From an uncultured Chloroflexia bacterium (lineage in GTDB: Bacteria > Chloroflexota > Limnocylindria > Limnocylindrales > CSP1-4), in assembly GCA_963850035.1 (NCBI GenBank), contig CAWKJP010000008.1, positions 66,251 to 130,250 of the forward strand: a stretch of DNA of 64,000 nt, read 5' to 3'. The notes below the pieces were generated by a model. The model saw only the letters and a list, made by a program, of their open reading frames with translations, had not been told where the DNA came from and made no database searches. A program made the translations under genes and the position numbers. This document shows positions 1 to 9,986 of this stretch, piece after piece; within the stretch, counting starts at the first letter, position 1, and each line of letters begins with the position of its first letter.

Positions 1-1124
1 ACGGCGCCCGCGACCGGGACCAGATCCGGGTGTGCCACCCAGGTGCCGTCGAAGCCGTCGCCCGCCTCGCGCTCCTTGTCCTCCCGGACACGGGCGAGCG
101 CGTTCGCGGTGACCTCCGGCTCGCGGCGGTTGGGGATGAACGCGGACATGCCGCCGATGGCATGGGCACCGCGGCGGTGGCAGGTGGCGACGAGCAGGCG
201 TGTGTAGGCGCGCATGAACGGGACCGCCATGGTCACCTGGCCCCGGTCCGGCATCACGAACCGGGCGTCCCCGGCGAACCGCTTGATGACGCTGAACAGG
301 TAGTCCCAGCGTCCCGCGTTGAGTCCGCCGGCATGCTCGCGCAGCTCGAAGAGGATCTCGTCCATCTCGAAGGCGGCCAGGATCGTCTCGATCAGCACGG
401 TCGCCCGAACGCTGCCGCGCGGGATTCCCACCGCCGCCTGGGCATGGACGAAGACGTCGTTCCAGAGGCGCGCCTCGAGGTGGCTCTCGAGCTTGGGGAG
501 GTAGAGGTAGGGACTCGAGCCGCGCGCCAGCGTCTCCGCGGCGTTGTGGAACAGGAAGAGTCCGGCGTCGAAGAGGCTCGCCGCCACGGGCCTGCCGTCG
601 ACGACGACGTGACGCTCCTCGAGATGCCAGCCCCGCGGGCGGACCAGCAGGGTCGCCGTCCGCTCCGCAAGCCGGTAGGCCTTTTCGGGCGTCTCGAAGG
701 CAAGGGTGCGACGGACGGCCTGCTGGACGGCAGCCTGGCCACCGACCACGTTCGCCCAGGTCGGGCTCAGCGCGTCCTCGAAGTCCGCCATGAAGACCCG
801 TGCGCCGGAGTTGAGCGCGTTGATCATCATCTTCGGCTCGGCGGGGCCCGTGATCTCGACCCGGCGGTCGTCGAGATCGGACGGCGCCGGCGCGACCCGC
901 CAGTCGCTCGCGCGGACCTCCGCCGTCTCCTCGAGGAACCGCGGCAGGACCCCGCGCTCGATCTCTGCATGACGAGCCGCGCGTCGCCCGAGGATGGCGA
1001 GGCGCTCGTCGCGGAACCGGCGCTCGAGGTCCGCGACGAACGCGACCGCCTCCGGGGTGAGGACGAGCTCCTGGCCCGGGACGGCCGGCCCGAGGATCTC
1101 GACGCCTGGCGGCAGCCCGGTCAC
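1..1124 (-). CDS. aceB: malate synthase A, 3'-truncated by window edge
   Basis: My reverse-strand translation from GTG at 1124 gives [37 protein letters not shown]...[27 protein letters not shown]...[17 protein letters not shown]...[35 protein letters not shown]...[11 protein letters not shown]. Frame is open to position 1. Absent from the ORF track because its stop lies outside the window. GTGA overlap with the uricase stop. Confidence 0.9.
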   Translation of the reverse strand, partial: MTGLPPGVEILGPAVPGQELVLTPEAVAFVADLERRFRDERLAILGRRAARHAEIERGVLPRFLEETAEVRASDWRVAPAPSDLDDRRVEITGPAEPKMMINALNSGARVFMADFEDALSPTWANVVGGQAAVQQAVRRTLAFETPEKAYRLAERTATLLVRPRGWHLEERHVVVDGRPVAASLFDAGLFLFHNAAETLARGSSPYLYLPKLESHLEARLWNDVFVHAQAAVGIPRGSVRATVLIETILAAFEMDEILFELREHAGGLNAGRWDYLFSVIKRFAGDARFVMPDRGQVTMAVPFMRAYTRLLVATCHRRGAHAIGGMSAFIPNRREPEVTANALARVREDKEREAGDGFDGTWVAHPDLVPVAGA

Positions 1125-1966
1125 GGGGCCGCCCGCCGGACGATGGCCTCGATGAGGCCGTGCGGCTCGGTTGTCGCCACGAAGATCTCGCCCAGGTTGG
1201 TCCCGCCGAGCGGCGCCAGGTCGACCGGCCAGTGATGGAGATTCGGCAGCGACATGCGGACCTCGTCGATGTCCGCGTGACGCTCCAGCATGGCGTTCGC
1301 CATCATCCAGATCGAGTGCTGGACCGACTCGCTGGCGTGCTCCGCGAAGACCCCGAGGAGCGTGGCCGAGATCGCCGCATGGCTCGCGTCCCAATCGTCA
1401 ACGGGAGCGGCGTGACGCCAGGTCGCCGTCACCTTCGTCGCCATGATCCGGTCGCGCGCATCGGCCAGCGTCGTGAACCGATCACGCGGGAAGCCCGAGA
1501 ACGCGGACCGCGCCGTCTTCATCACGACGAGGTCCGCGAGGCCCGACGCCACGACCGTGGCGTCCCGTGTCGCGACCACCTCCGCCGTCCGCGTCGCGTC
1601 GCCCGCTCGCTGGAAGGCATCCGTCGCGGGCGCGCCGTCGACCGGGAGCGGGATCCACCGATGCTCGCGGAGGGAGACGGTCGACCGCTGGACCTGGGGA
1701 AAGCCCACGAGGTGCTCGGCGAGGATTGATCCGAACGCCTCGATCGCGCCCGTGAGCTCGTCGGCCGCGAGGGCGTAGACCGTGTTCTTCATCGTGTCCG
1801 TCGCGACGACCTGCGCGTTGTCGCCCGACGTGAACGCGGTCGCAAAGTCGCCCTCGAGGGCGATGTCGACCGTGAGGTCGCGGACCCGGTGCCCCTCGGG
1901 CACACGGACCACCTTGACGAGCCGGATCGCGCGCTTGCCGTACCGGTTCGGGCCGAGCTCGATCAC
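1121..1966 (-). CDS. uox: urate oxidase (uricase)
   Basis: ORF 1121..2002 translates to [21 protein letters not shown]...[14 protein letters not shown]...LPNLHHW, typical of uricase. I prefer the GTG at 1966 (VIELGPN) because AGGAGG (complement of 1974-1979) lies 7 nt upstream. The ATG at 2002 is the alternative. Confidence 0.9.
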   Translation of the reverse strand: MIELGPNRYGKRAIRLVKVVRVPEGHRVRDLTVDIALEGDFATAFTSGDNAQVVATDTMKNTVYALAADELTGAIEAFGSILAEHLVGFPQVQRSTVSLREHRWIPLPVDGAPATDAFQRAGDATRTAEVVATRDATVVASGLADLVVMKTARSAFSGFPRDRFTTLADARDRIMATKVTATWRHAAPVDDWDASHAAISATLLGVFAEHASESVQHSIWMMANAMLERHADIDEVRMSLPNLHHWPVDLAPLGGTNLGEIFVATTEPHGLIEAIVRRAAP

Positions 1967-2030
1967 GCCGGACCTCCTGGGGCCTGGGCTGGAGTCGGGC
2001 AAGGTTGCCGTCGAGCGCCGTGGCCGTCAA

Positions 2031-2120
2031 GGCGCCGTATCGCGCCGGGCGTGGCGGCGCCCATCGCAGCGGCGCCGTGTGACGGGGGCGCCGCGTGACG
2101 GGGGCGCCGTATCGCGCCGG
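2031..2120. repeat. short direct/tandem repeats in the uricase upstream intergenic region
   Basis: GGCGCCGTATCGCGCCGG occurs exactly at 2031-2048 and 2103-2120. There is a 16-nt tandem pair GTGACGGGGGCGCCG(C/T) at 2079-2094 and 2095-2110. Confidence 0.85.
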
Positions 2121-2218
2121 CGGCGTACGCGGCGACGTGTTGCGGCCGCGCCCTGCCGCTGCGGCCCCGCCCGTCCACGACTGCCGTCCCGCTCCCCTGA
2201 CGTCCCCGTCCGGTCCGG

Positions 2219-2362
2219 CACCTCTCAGCAACCCCCGTGCTGGAGTGTTCACGCGTGCGGCGGATTCGGCACGCGCGAGCCCCCGGGGTGCTGAGAAGGG
2301 GGCTCCGGCGTTCGTCGGGAGTCGCGCATGAGCATATGAGCACCCGAGGTGCTGAGGTGGGG
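2219..2362. promoter_or_regulatory. nested inverted repeats, possible structured leader or operator upstream of uricase
   Basis: CACCTCTCAGCAACCCCC (2219-2236) is near-complementary to GGGGTGCTGAGAAGGGGG (2285-2302). These enclose a hairpin CGCGTGC/GCACGCG (2252-2275). A third copy GAGGTGCTGAGGTGGGG sits at 2346-2362 with a local hairpin AGCACC-CGA-GGTGCT. Confidence 0.4.
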
Positions 2363-2491
2363 ATGACAAACCCACGGCAGCGGTGGTCGCACGCCCAGGA
2401 TGGCCGAGCCAAATCCGGGTCGCCTGGGCGCGCCGGGCGTGGCGGCGACCGCCTGGGCGCGTCGTCCCGTCGTCTCCCCGTCGGCCTGCGG

Positions 2492-4213
2492 TCAGTCGCC
2501 GCGTCCCCGCCGGAGCGCGCGGCCGGGCGTCGCACCGGTGTGCTCGCCGCCGTCGACCACGAGGACCCCGTTCACGAGGACGTACGGGATGCCCTCCGGG
2601 AAGCGGCGGGGCTCGTCGTACGTCGCCAGGGCGCGCACCCGCGCAGGATCGAAGGCGACGAGATCCGCCTTGTAGCCATCCGCGACGATGCCGCGGTCGG
2701 TGAGGCCGAGTCGGGCCGCCGGTGCCCCGGTCATCTTTCGGACCGCCTCCTCCAGGCCCAGCCAGCGCGCCTCGCGGACGAACTCGCCGAGGATGCGCGG
2801 GTAGGTCCCGTACGTCCGCGGCGCCGGCTTGGCCGCGATCATCACGCCGTCGGTCGCGACCATCGCCCGTGGATGCCGGATGAATGGCCGGATCCCCGCG
2901 AGGTGGGGCCCCGGGGTCACCTGGTTGACCCGCAGGTCCTCGGCGATCAGCAGGTCGCAGATGGCATCGACGGGGTCGAGGCCGGTTGCCGCGAGGTACT
3001 CGCCGAGTGTCCGGCCCTCCCATTCCGCGTTCTCCGGACGCGCGAAGTACCCAAGCCGGACCTCGTCCCATGACCGGTCCCCGGCGAAGAGGCGCCCGCG
3101 CGCAGCGGCCTCCTCGCGGACGCGTGCCCGCACCGCGCGGTCGGCGAGGCGCTCCCGGAGCGGCCCCACGCCCCCGGCCTGGAGCCAGTTCGGCAGCATG
3201 ATCAGCAACCGCGTGCTCGCCCACTCGTAGGGGTAGAGGTCGAACGTCACGTCGATGCCCGCGGCGCGTGCGTCGTCGACGAGGGCGAGCATCATTTCCG
3301 GCGGGCCCGGGAACGTGGGCCGGTGGTAGAAGTGCGTGATGTGGACCGGTGCGCCGGACCGGCGCCCGATCTCGATCGCCTCGCGGTACGGGTCCAGGAA
3401 CCCGTCGCCGAGGGGATACCGGACGTGGGTGTGGTAGATCCCGCCGAGCCCGGCCGCAACTTCGGCCAGCTCCACCAGCTCTGCGGTCGTGGCGTACGAC
3501 CCGGGTGGGTAGTCGAGGCCCGTGGACAGGCCGAAGGCGCCGTCCTCCATGGCCTCCCGGAGGCGCGAACGCTGGACGGCCATCGCGCGGCGGTCCGCCT
3601 CCACCTCGTCCCAGCCGACCGATGCGATCCGGAGCGGTGAGTTCCCGACGACGTACGCGACGTTGACCGAGGTCGTCCCGTCGTACCGGGCGAGGTACTC
3701 GGCGACCGTGGACCAGTCGTACGCAATGTCCGGCCGGCCGTCGAGCCCGCCGTTGAGGACGACGTAGTCGAGGAGATCGCGCCGCGACGCGAACGGCGCG
3801 TACGCGTTCCCATCCACGCCGATCAGCTCGGTGGTGACACCCTGCCGAACCTTCGGCTCGTGGAGCGGCTCGGCGAGCATCACCAGCCCGCCGTGGCTGT
3901 GGAGGTCGATGAACCCAGGCGCGATCACGAGGCCGCGGGCGTCGATCCGCCGACCGGCACGGATCGCGGCACCCTCACCCCCGTCCGCCGGCGCCCGGTG
4001 ATCGCCTTCCGCCACGACGAGCAGCCGGTCGCCGACGATCGCGACCGAGCCGGGGAACCCGGGACGCCCCGTCCCGTCCACGATCGTGCCGCCCTCGATC
4101 AGGAGGTCCACCTCGATCGTCACCCGACACCCCACCGTGCGCCGACCCGGCCGCCTGCGGCCCGGATCACGAGCGCCGTGTGAGGGGGAAGGGAAGGCGA
4201 CCGTCGCACTCAC
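2492..4213 (-). CDS. D-aminoacylase / N-acyl-D-amino-acid deacylase family amidohydrolase
   Basis: 573-aa ORF with DLLIEGGTIVDGTGRPGFPGSVAIVGDRL...APGFIDLHSHG...GVTTELIG, amidohydrolase-superfamily signatures. A GTG at 4123 (VTIEVDLLIEGG) is a plausible alternative start. Confidence 0.85.
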   Translation of the reverse strand: MSATVAFPSPSHGARDPGRRRPGRRTVGCRVTIEVDLLIEGGTIVDGTGRPGFPGSVAIVGDRLLVVAEGDHRAPADGGEGAAIRAGRRIDARGLVIAPGFIDLHSHGGLVMLAEPLHEPKVRQGVTTELIGVDGNAYAPFASRRDLLDYVVLNGGLDGRPDIAYDWSTVAEYLARYDGTTSVNVAYVVGNSPLRIASVGWDEVEADRRAMAVQRSRLREAMEDGAFGLSTGLDYPPGSYATTAELVELAEVAAGLGGIYHTHVRYPLGDGFLDPYREAIEIGRRSGAPVHITHFYHRPTFPGPPEMMLALVDDARAAGIDVTFDLYPYEWASTRLLIMLPNWLQAGGVGPLRERLADRAVRARVREEAAARGRLFAGDRSWDEVRLGYFARPENAEWEGRTLGEYLAATGLDPVDAICDLLIAEDLRVNQVTPGPHLAGIRPFIRHPRAMVATDGVMIAAKPAPRTYGTYPRILGEFVREARWLGLEEAVRKMTGAPAARLGLTDRGIVADGYKADLVAFDPARVRALATYDEPRRFPEGIPYVLVNGVLVVDGGEHTGATPGRALRRGRGD

Positions 4214-4400
4214 CGGATGCTACCCGGGGCCGCGATCGAGGAGTCGATCCGTTCCCGATGCACGTCGGCGCCACGGCGACCGCGCACGGGCGCGAGGACG
4301 TGCTCCGACGCACGGGGGGGCTCCTGACCGTCTCCGGGTGACCGGAGCCGGCATCGCGCGGCCATGCTCGGCTGGCGGCGGTCATACTCGTGGCGCCCCG

Positions 4401-5359
4401 ATGAACCGTCACGTCCCGTCACGCCGCCACGACGCGCTGCGCATGCAGCACGGGCGGTTCTCGGGGAGGTGGACGCCGGTCGTCACGACCGGGGCGAGCA
4501 GCCGGCGGCTGCTGCTCCTGGGCACCGCCTCGGTGATCCTCGTCGCAGCCACCTGGCTCGGGACCACGCAATTTCTCATCGGCCAGCAGATCGCCGACCT
4601 GATCCTGTTCGGGCGGGTCGCCTCCGACCCGGCGGTGCTCGGCGCTGCGACCGACGCCCTCACGACGGTCAGCCTGGCCTTCGTCGCGACGGCCGCGCTT
4701 GGACTCCTCGGCCTCGCTGTCGCTCGGGGCGGATTTCGGCCTCGCGACCGCCGTGTTCGTGCTCCTCGCCGGGGCGAACCTCACGACGCAGGGCCTGAAG
4801 GTGCTGCTCGAACGCCCGGATCTGCTCGCGGGGGCCGCCTACGCCACCGGGAACAGCTTCCCGAGCGGGTCCGTGGCCATCGTCTCCTCGCTCGCGCTCG
4901 CGGGCGTCCTGGTGGTTCCCCGGCGCGTCCGCACCCTCGCCGCCGTCGTTGGCGCGGCGCGTGGTCGCGACGGTCGGGATCAGCACGATGATCGCCGGCT
5001 GGCATCGCCTCGCCGACGTCGAGGGCGCGATCCTGATCTCGCTTGCCTGGGCGTCGTTCGTGGCGGCGATCCTCGCCTACGGGCGGGGCTGGATGCCGAG
5101 GCGGACGTGGGGACGCGGCCTCGGCGGTCCGCCGATGCGGATCCTCGGCGCCGCCGGCGCCGTCGCCGTCGTCGCCGGCACGATCGGGATCGCCGTCATC
5201 GGCGTCGATCCGACACAGCTCGCCGAACTGGTGGCTACGAACGCGATCGCCCCGCGAACGTTCATCGCCGCCCTCGCGGTCGCCGCCGGGACGTCGCTCG
5301 TCGCGTGTGCCGGGTACGTCTGGGCGCTTCGAGGCGTGGCCTTCGAGATCCCCGGTTGA
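4401..5359 (+). pseudogene. PAP2-family membrane phosphatase-like gene, split over three frames
   Basis: Three consecutive ORF pieces: 4401- (TM helices), 4699- (GLKVLLERPDL, NSFPSGS), 4949- (STMIAGWHRLADV). Together they read as one PAP2-like membrane protein. Frame changes near 4725 and 4959, each +1. Confidence 0.7.
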
Positions 5360-5409
5360 GCGGCTGACGCCGCGCCGGCGCCGGGCGTCATGCGGGCCGG
5401 AGCGCGCCC

Positions 5410-5449
5410 GCTGAGAGGTGCGGGCGGCCGCTGAGAGGTGCGGGCGGCC
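5410..5449. repeat. exact 20-nt tandem duplication forming two hairpins
   Basis: GCTGAGAGGTGCGGGCGGCC x2 (5410-5429, 5430-5449). Each copy completes a GCCCGC/GCGGGC-type stem around the loop TGAGAGGT. Lies between convergent genes, so a terminator role is possible. Confidence 0.9.
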
Positions 5450-5477
5450 GTCCGGAACGTTGCCGCTCGGACGACCG

Positions 5478-5726
5478 CTACGCGGCGGCCGTGATCATCC
5501 CGTCATCGGGAAGGTCGATCTCGTGGCGGTCGTGCAGGCGGGTCGCGAGGCGAAGGCGGATCCCGCGGAGCGACCGCAGGGAGGTGCACTCGATCCAGAG
5601 GCTGCTGCCGTGGACCTCGACTGTCATCGGCTGGCCGCAGGTGCGGCAGAAGTCGTATTCGCGCCACGCCATCTCGATTCGCTCGCGGGCGAGATCCTCG
5701 CTGGTCGGCATCGTGAGCAGGTTCAT
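5478..5726 (-). CDS. small hypothetical protein (82 aa) with CxxC...C motif
   Basis: MNLLTMPTSEDLARERIEMAWREYDFCRTCGQPMTVEVHGSSLWIEC...; AGGAG 6 nt upstream of the ATG; balanced composition, unlike the shadow ORFs. Confidence 0.6.
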   Translation of the reverse strand: MNLLTMPTSEDLARERIEMAWREYDFCRTCGQPMTVEVHGSSLWIECTSLRSLRGIRLRLATRLHDRHEIDLPDDGMITAAA

Positions 5727-5826
5727 GTGAGCTCCTGTCCGGGTCGATCCGGTGCGACATCGGTTCTGGATCGATCAAGAACAGGGCTACTGTACGCCGC
5801 GCGTCTGGATCGGTCAAGATGACGCC

Positions 5827-6945
5827 ATGGACCACCGATCGAGCGCGCCGCGCCGGTTCACGCTCCGGGACCTCGCGGAAACCCTGGGCGTCTCGAAGAC
5901 GACGGTCTCCAACGCGTTCAGTAGACCCGACCAGCTCTCCCCGGCGCTGCGCGATCGAATCCTCGAGGCGGCACGCGCCGAAGGCTATGCGGGCCCGGAC
6001 CCCGTTGCCCGGATGCTCCGCACCGGCCGGGCCGGCGCGCTGGGCCTGATCCTCCCCGAGTCCCTCCCGTTCGCGCTGGATGACCCATCGACCCGCGAGC
6101 TCATCCGGGGCATCGCCGACGCGTGCGAGGAGCGGCGGCTGGGCCTGCTCATGATCCCCGGCGCCAGCCGCGTGCGTGATCCCCGCTCCATCACGGACGT
6201 CGCGGTCGACGGGTTCATCGCCTATTCGCTGCCGTCGGACACGGCGGTCCTGCACCAGGTGCTTGCCCGGGGCGTTCCCGTGGTCGTGGTCGACGAGCCC
6301 CGCCTCCCCGGTGTCGCCACGGTCAGCATCGACGATCCGGGCGGCGCCAGGCTGGCTGCTCGCCACCTGCTCGAGCTGGGTCATCGCCGGCTCGGCATCG
6401 TCACCCTCCCGTTCCGGTCCGATGGATACACGGGCCATGGCGACGAGGCTCGCATCGCGGCGGCGACGTATGACGTGGCGGTGCGCCGGCTCAGCGGATA
6501 CCGCGCCGCCTTTGCGGGCGCCGGCCTGGCCGGCGATGCCGTGTCCGTCTACGAGTGCGCACACAGCGACGAGGAGCTCGGCCGGCAGGCCGGGCGCGAC
6601 CTGCTGGAGCGGGCGGCCGCGCCGACGGCGATCCTCGCGATGAGCGACCGCCTTGCCCTCGGCGTGCTCGCGGCCGCGCGGGAGCTGCGCGTCGACGTGC
6701 CCCGGTCACTCGCGGTCGTGGGCTTCGACGACATCCCGTCAGCCGCGAAGAGCCGCCCGTCCCTGACGACGGTCCGCCAGCCGCTCCGCCTGAAGGGCTA
6801 CGCGGCCGCGCGATTCCTTCTCGACGCCCCGTATGGTCGCCCCCGGGATCCGGCCGCGGAGACAGTCCCGGTCACCCGTGATGAGCTGGACTTCCCTGTC
6901 GAGCTCGTGATCCGCCGCTCCACGGGCGCGGTGGTCACCTCCTGA
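5827..6945 (+). CDS. LacI-family transcriptional regulator
   Basis: [58 protein letters not shown] is a LacI HTH, followed by a periplasmic-binding-like fold. Start taken at the ATG at 5827 inside ORF 5752..6945. Confidence 0.9.
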   Translation: MDHRSSAPRRFTLRDLAETLGVSKTTVSNAFSRPDQLSPALRDRILEAARAEGYAGPDPVARMLRTGRAGALGLILPESLPFALDDPSTRELIRGIADACEERRLGLLMIPGASRVRDPRSITDVAVDGFIAYSLPSDTAVLHQVLARGVPVVVVDEPRLPGVATVSIDDPGGARLAARHLLELGHRRLGIVTLPFRSDGYTGHGDEARIAAATYDVAVRRLSGYRAAFAGAGLAGDAVSVYECAHSDEELGRQAGRDLLERAAAPTAILAMSDRLALGVLAAARELRVDVPRSLAVVGFDDIPSAAKSRPSLTTVRQPLRLKGYAAARFLLDAPYGRPRDPAAETVPVTRDELDFPVELVIRRSTGAVVTS

Positions 6946-7082
6946 GGTGGCGCGGCCCCGCTCGAGCGCCGGCATCCCCGACCGGTATTGTTCATCCTGA
7001 GCGGGCCACGCTCGGCCCACCGCGTGTCTCCACGATCACGGCCCGATGCCGCGTGCTTCCCGGAGGCCGGAAGGAGTACCTC

Positions 7083-8486
<1,404 letters not shown>

Positions 8487-8504
8487 CCGAACCCGCCACG
8501 GCGA

Positions 8505-8598
8505 GGCTCGCGGACCAGCAGGGCGCGGCGGCGCGGCTCTGGGCGCGCGGACCAGCAAAGCGCGGCGGCGCGGGGCTCGCGCACCAGCAGCTCGCCGG
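8505..8598. repeat. imperfect ~36-nt tandem repeat (about 2.7 copies) in a convergent intergenic region
   Basis: CTCGCGGACCAGCAGGGCGCGGCGGCGCGG (8507-8536), GCGCGCGGACCAGCAAAGCGCGGCGGCGCGG (8543-8573), GGCTCGCGCACCAGCAGCTCGCCGG (8574-8598). Confidence 0.7.
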
Positions 8599-8640
8599 TA
8601 ACGTGGAACTCGACGGCGAGCAGGCCGCCGGAGCGCCGCT

Positions 8641-9822
8641 CTACGGAGACTCGGGCTCGATGGCGCGCAGCGCGTCCCCTGTTCGCTCGGTCGCGCCGAA
8701 CAGTCGGAGCCGACGCGCGCACCAGAACCCGATCGCGACCGGGAGCCAGACGTTGAGGATGCGGTAGGCCAGGGTGACCAGGATCGCCGCGGTCGCCGGC
8801 ATCCCCAGCTGGACGAAGACGAGGGCCATCGCCCCCTCGACCGCTCCCACGCCGTCCGGCACGATCGCGATGATGAAGAACACGATGCTCATGCCGAAGC
8901 CGGCCGCGAGCGCGGCGAGGTCCAGGCCCTGCCCGAAGGCGAGGAAGAGGGCGCCGAGGCCCGCCAGGTTGGCGGCGTGGAGGAGCAGCCCATAGCCGGA
9001 CGCGATCGCGATGTCGCGCGGGTGGCGTGGGATCGAGACCACGGCGGCGGCGAGCGTCGCGGTCGTCCGGCGTGCCCACCCGTCGGGCACGGGAGCGGGA
9101 CGCCCGAGGAGCACGGCCGCGCGGTTGACAAGGGCGCCGCAGGCGACCAGGAGCCGCTCCAGCACCCGCGGCACGCGAGCCGACAGGACGAGGGTCGCCA
9201 GCACGCCCCCGATGAACGCGATGAAGAGGGCCGTGCCCAACAGCCCGAACGCGACCAGCCGATCGCGCATCACGAGCGCGACGGTGCCGGCGAGCACGAA
9301 CGGCAGGGCCGTCAGCAGGTCCACGGCGAGCGTGACCACGACCCCGACCGCCGTCCGCGGGCCGGACTGGCCGCGCGCCATCGCGTCGTCGATGAAGACC
9401 GCGGCCGCGGGCGCCGCGGTGAACGGCACGGCCGTCTTCGCGAAGATCGAGGCGAACATCACCGGGACCAGCCGGAGCGCCCCGCCGGAGACCCCGACCG
9501 CGCGAAACGCCGACGCGTACAGCCCTCCGTACAGGACGAAGAACGCCACGTGCAGGAGAATCGCGATCGCCACCCACGCGGGATCCGCCTTCGAGAGGTC
9601 CGCGCCGAGCGCCTCGGCCGAGGTGAACTGGCTGGCGACGATCGCGAGCACGACGACGCACAGCACGACGAAGAGCAATCGCCGCCAGGCGAACCGTCGT
9701 CCCGTCGCGGGGGGCGTCACGGTGCGCGCGGGGGCGCCGAGGTCGCCGCCGCCAATCGGAAGCCGTCCGGGCCGGGCCGGCCGCAGACCCTTCGCTCGGT
9801 TCGAACCGCGCCGTCTGGCCAT
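8641..9822 (-). CDS. flippase-like / lysylphosphatidylglycerol-synthase TM-region family membrane protein
   Basis: 393-aa polytopic ORF with the pattern ...GGALRLVPVMFASIFAKTAVPF...IVPDGVGAVEGAMALVFVQLGMP...AYRILNVWLP, typical of the UPF0104/LPG_synthase_TM family. Confidence 0.8.
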   Translation of the reverse strand: MARRRGSNRAKGLRPARPGRLPIGGGDLGAPARTVTPPATGRRFAWRRLLFVVLCVVVLAIVASQFTSAEALGADLSKADPAWVAIAILLHVAFFVLYGGLYASAFRAVGVSGGALRLVPVMFASIFAKTAVPFTAAPAAAVFIDDAMARGQSGPRTAVGVVVTLAVDLLTALPFVLAGTVALVMRDRLVAFGLLGTALFIAFIGGVLATLVLSARVPRVLERLLVACGALVNRAAVLLGRPAPVPDGWARRTTATLAAAVVSIPRHPRDIAIASGYGLLLHAANLAGLGALFLAFGQGLDLAALAAGFGMSIVFFIIAIVPDGVGAVEGAMALVFVQLGMPATAAILVTLAYRILNVWLPVAIGFWCARRLRLFGATERTGDALRAIEPESP

Positions 9823-9986
9823 TCCCTCACGCGCGGATCATCGCCCATAGCGGTCCAGGGCCGTCGCGGGCGCCGGCGGAGATCGCGCCGCGGCCCGGCG
9901 AACGCATGCCGTGCGCGAGCGACCTCCGGCGGTGGCCGCCCCTGCTACGATCGGCGCCGTCGCCGCGCACGGAACGGGAGGTCAGC

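Noticed and set aside
30-1235. 401-aa plus-strand ORF at the window start
   Set aside because: Arg/Asp/Gly-rich sequence with no domain pattern. It is the antisense shadow of the malate synthase gene, which reads cleanly on the minus strand.
1967-2002. ATG at 2002 as the uricase start
   Set aside because: The GTG at 1966 has a canonical AGGAGG at proper spacing, and the conserved uricase N-terminus begins right after it. The 12 extra codons are Pro/Ser/Arg-rich.
1482-3224. 580-aa minus-strand ORF spanning uricase, the intergenic region and the amidohydrolase
   Set aside because: Extremely Arg/Pro/Gly-rich out-of-frame read-through, typical of high-GC DNA. Overlaps two well-supported genes in other frames.
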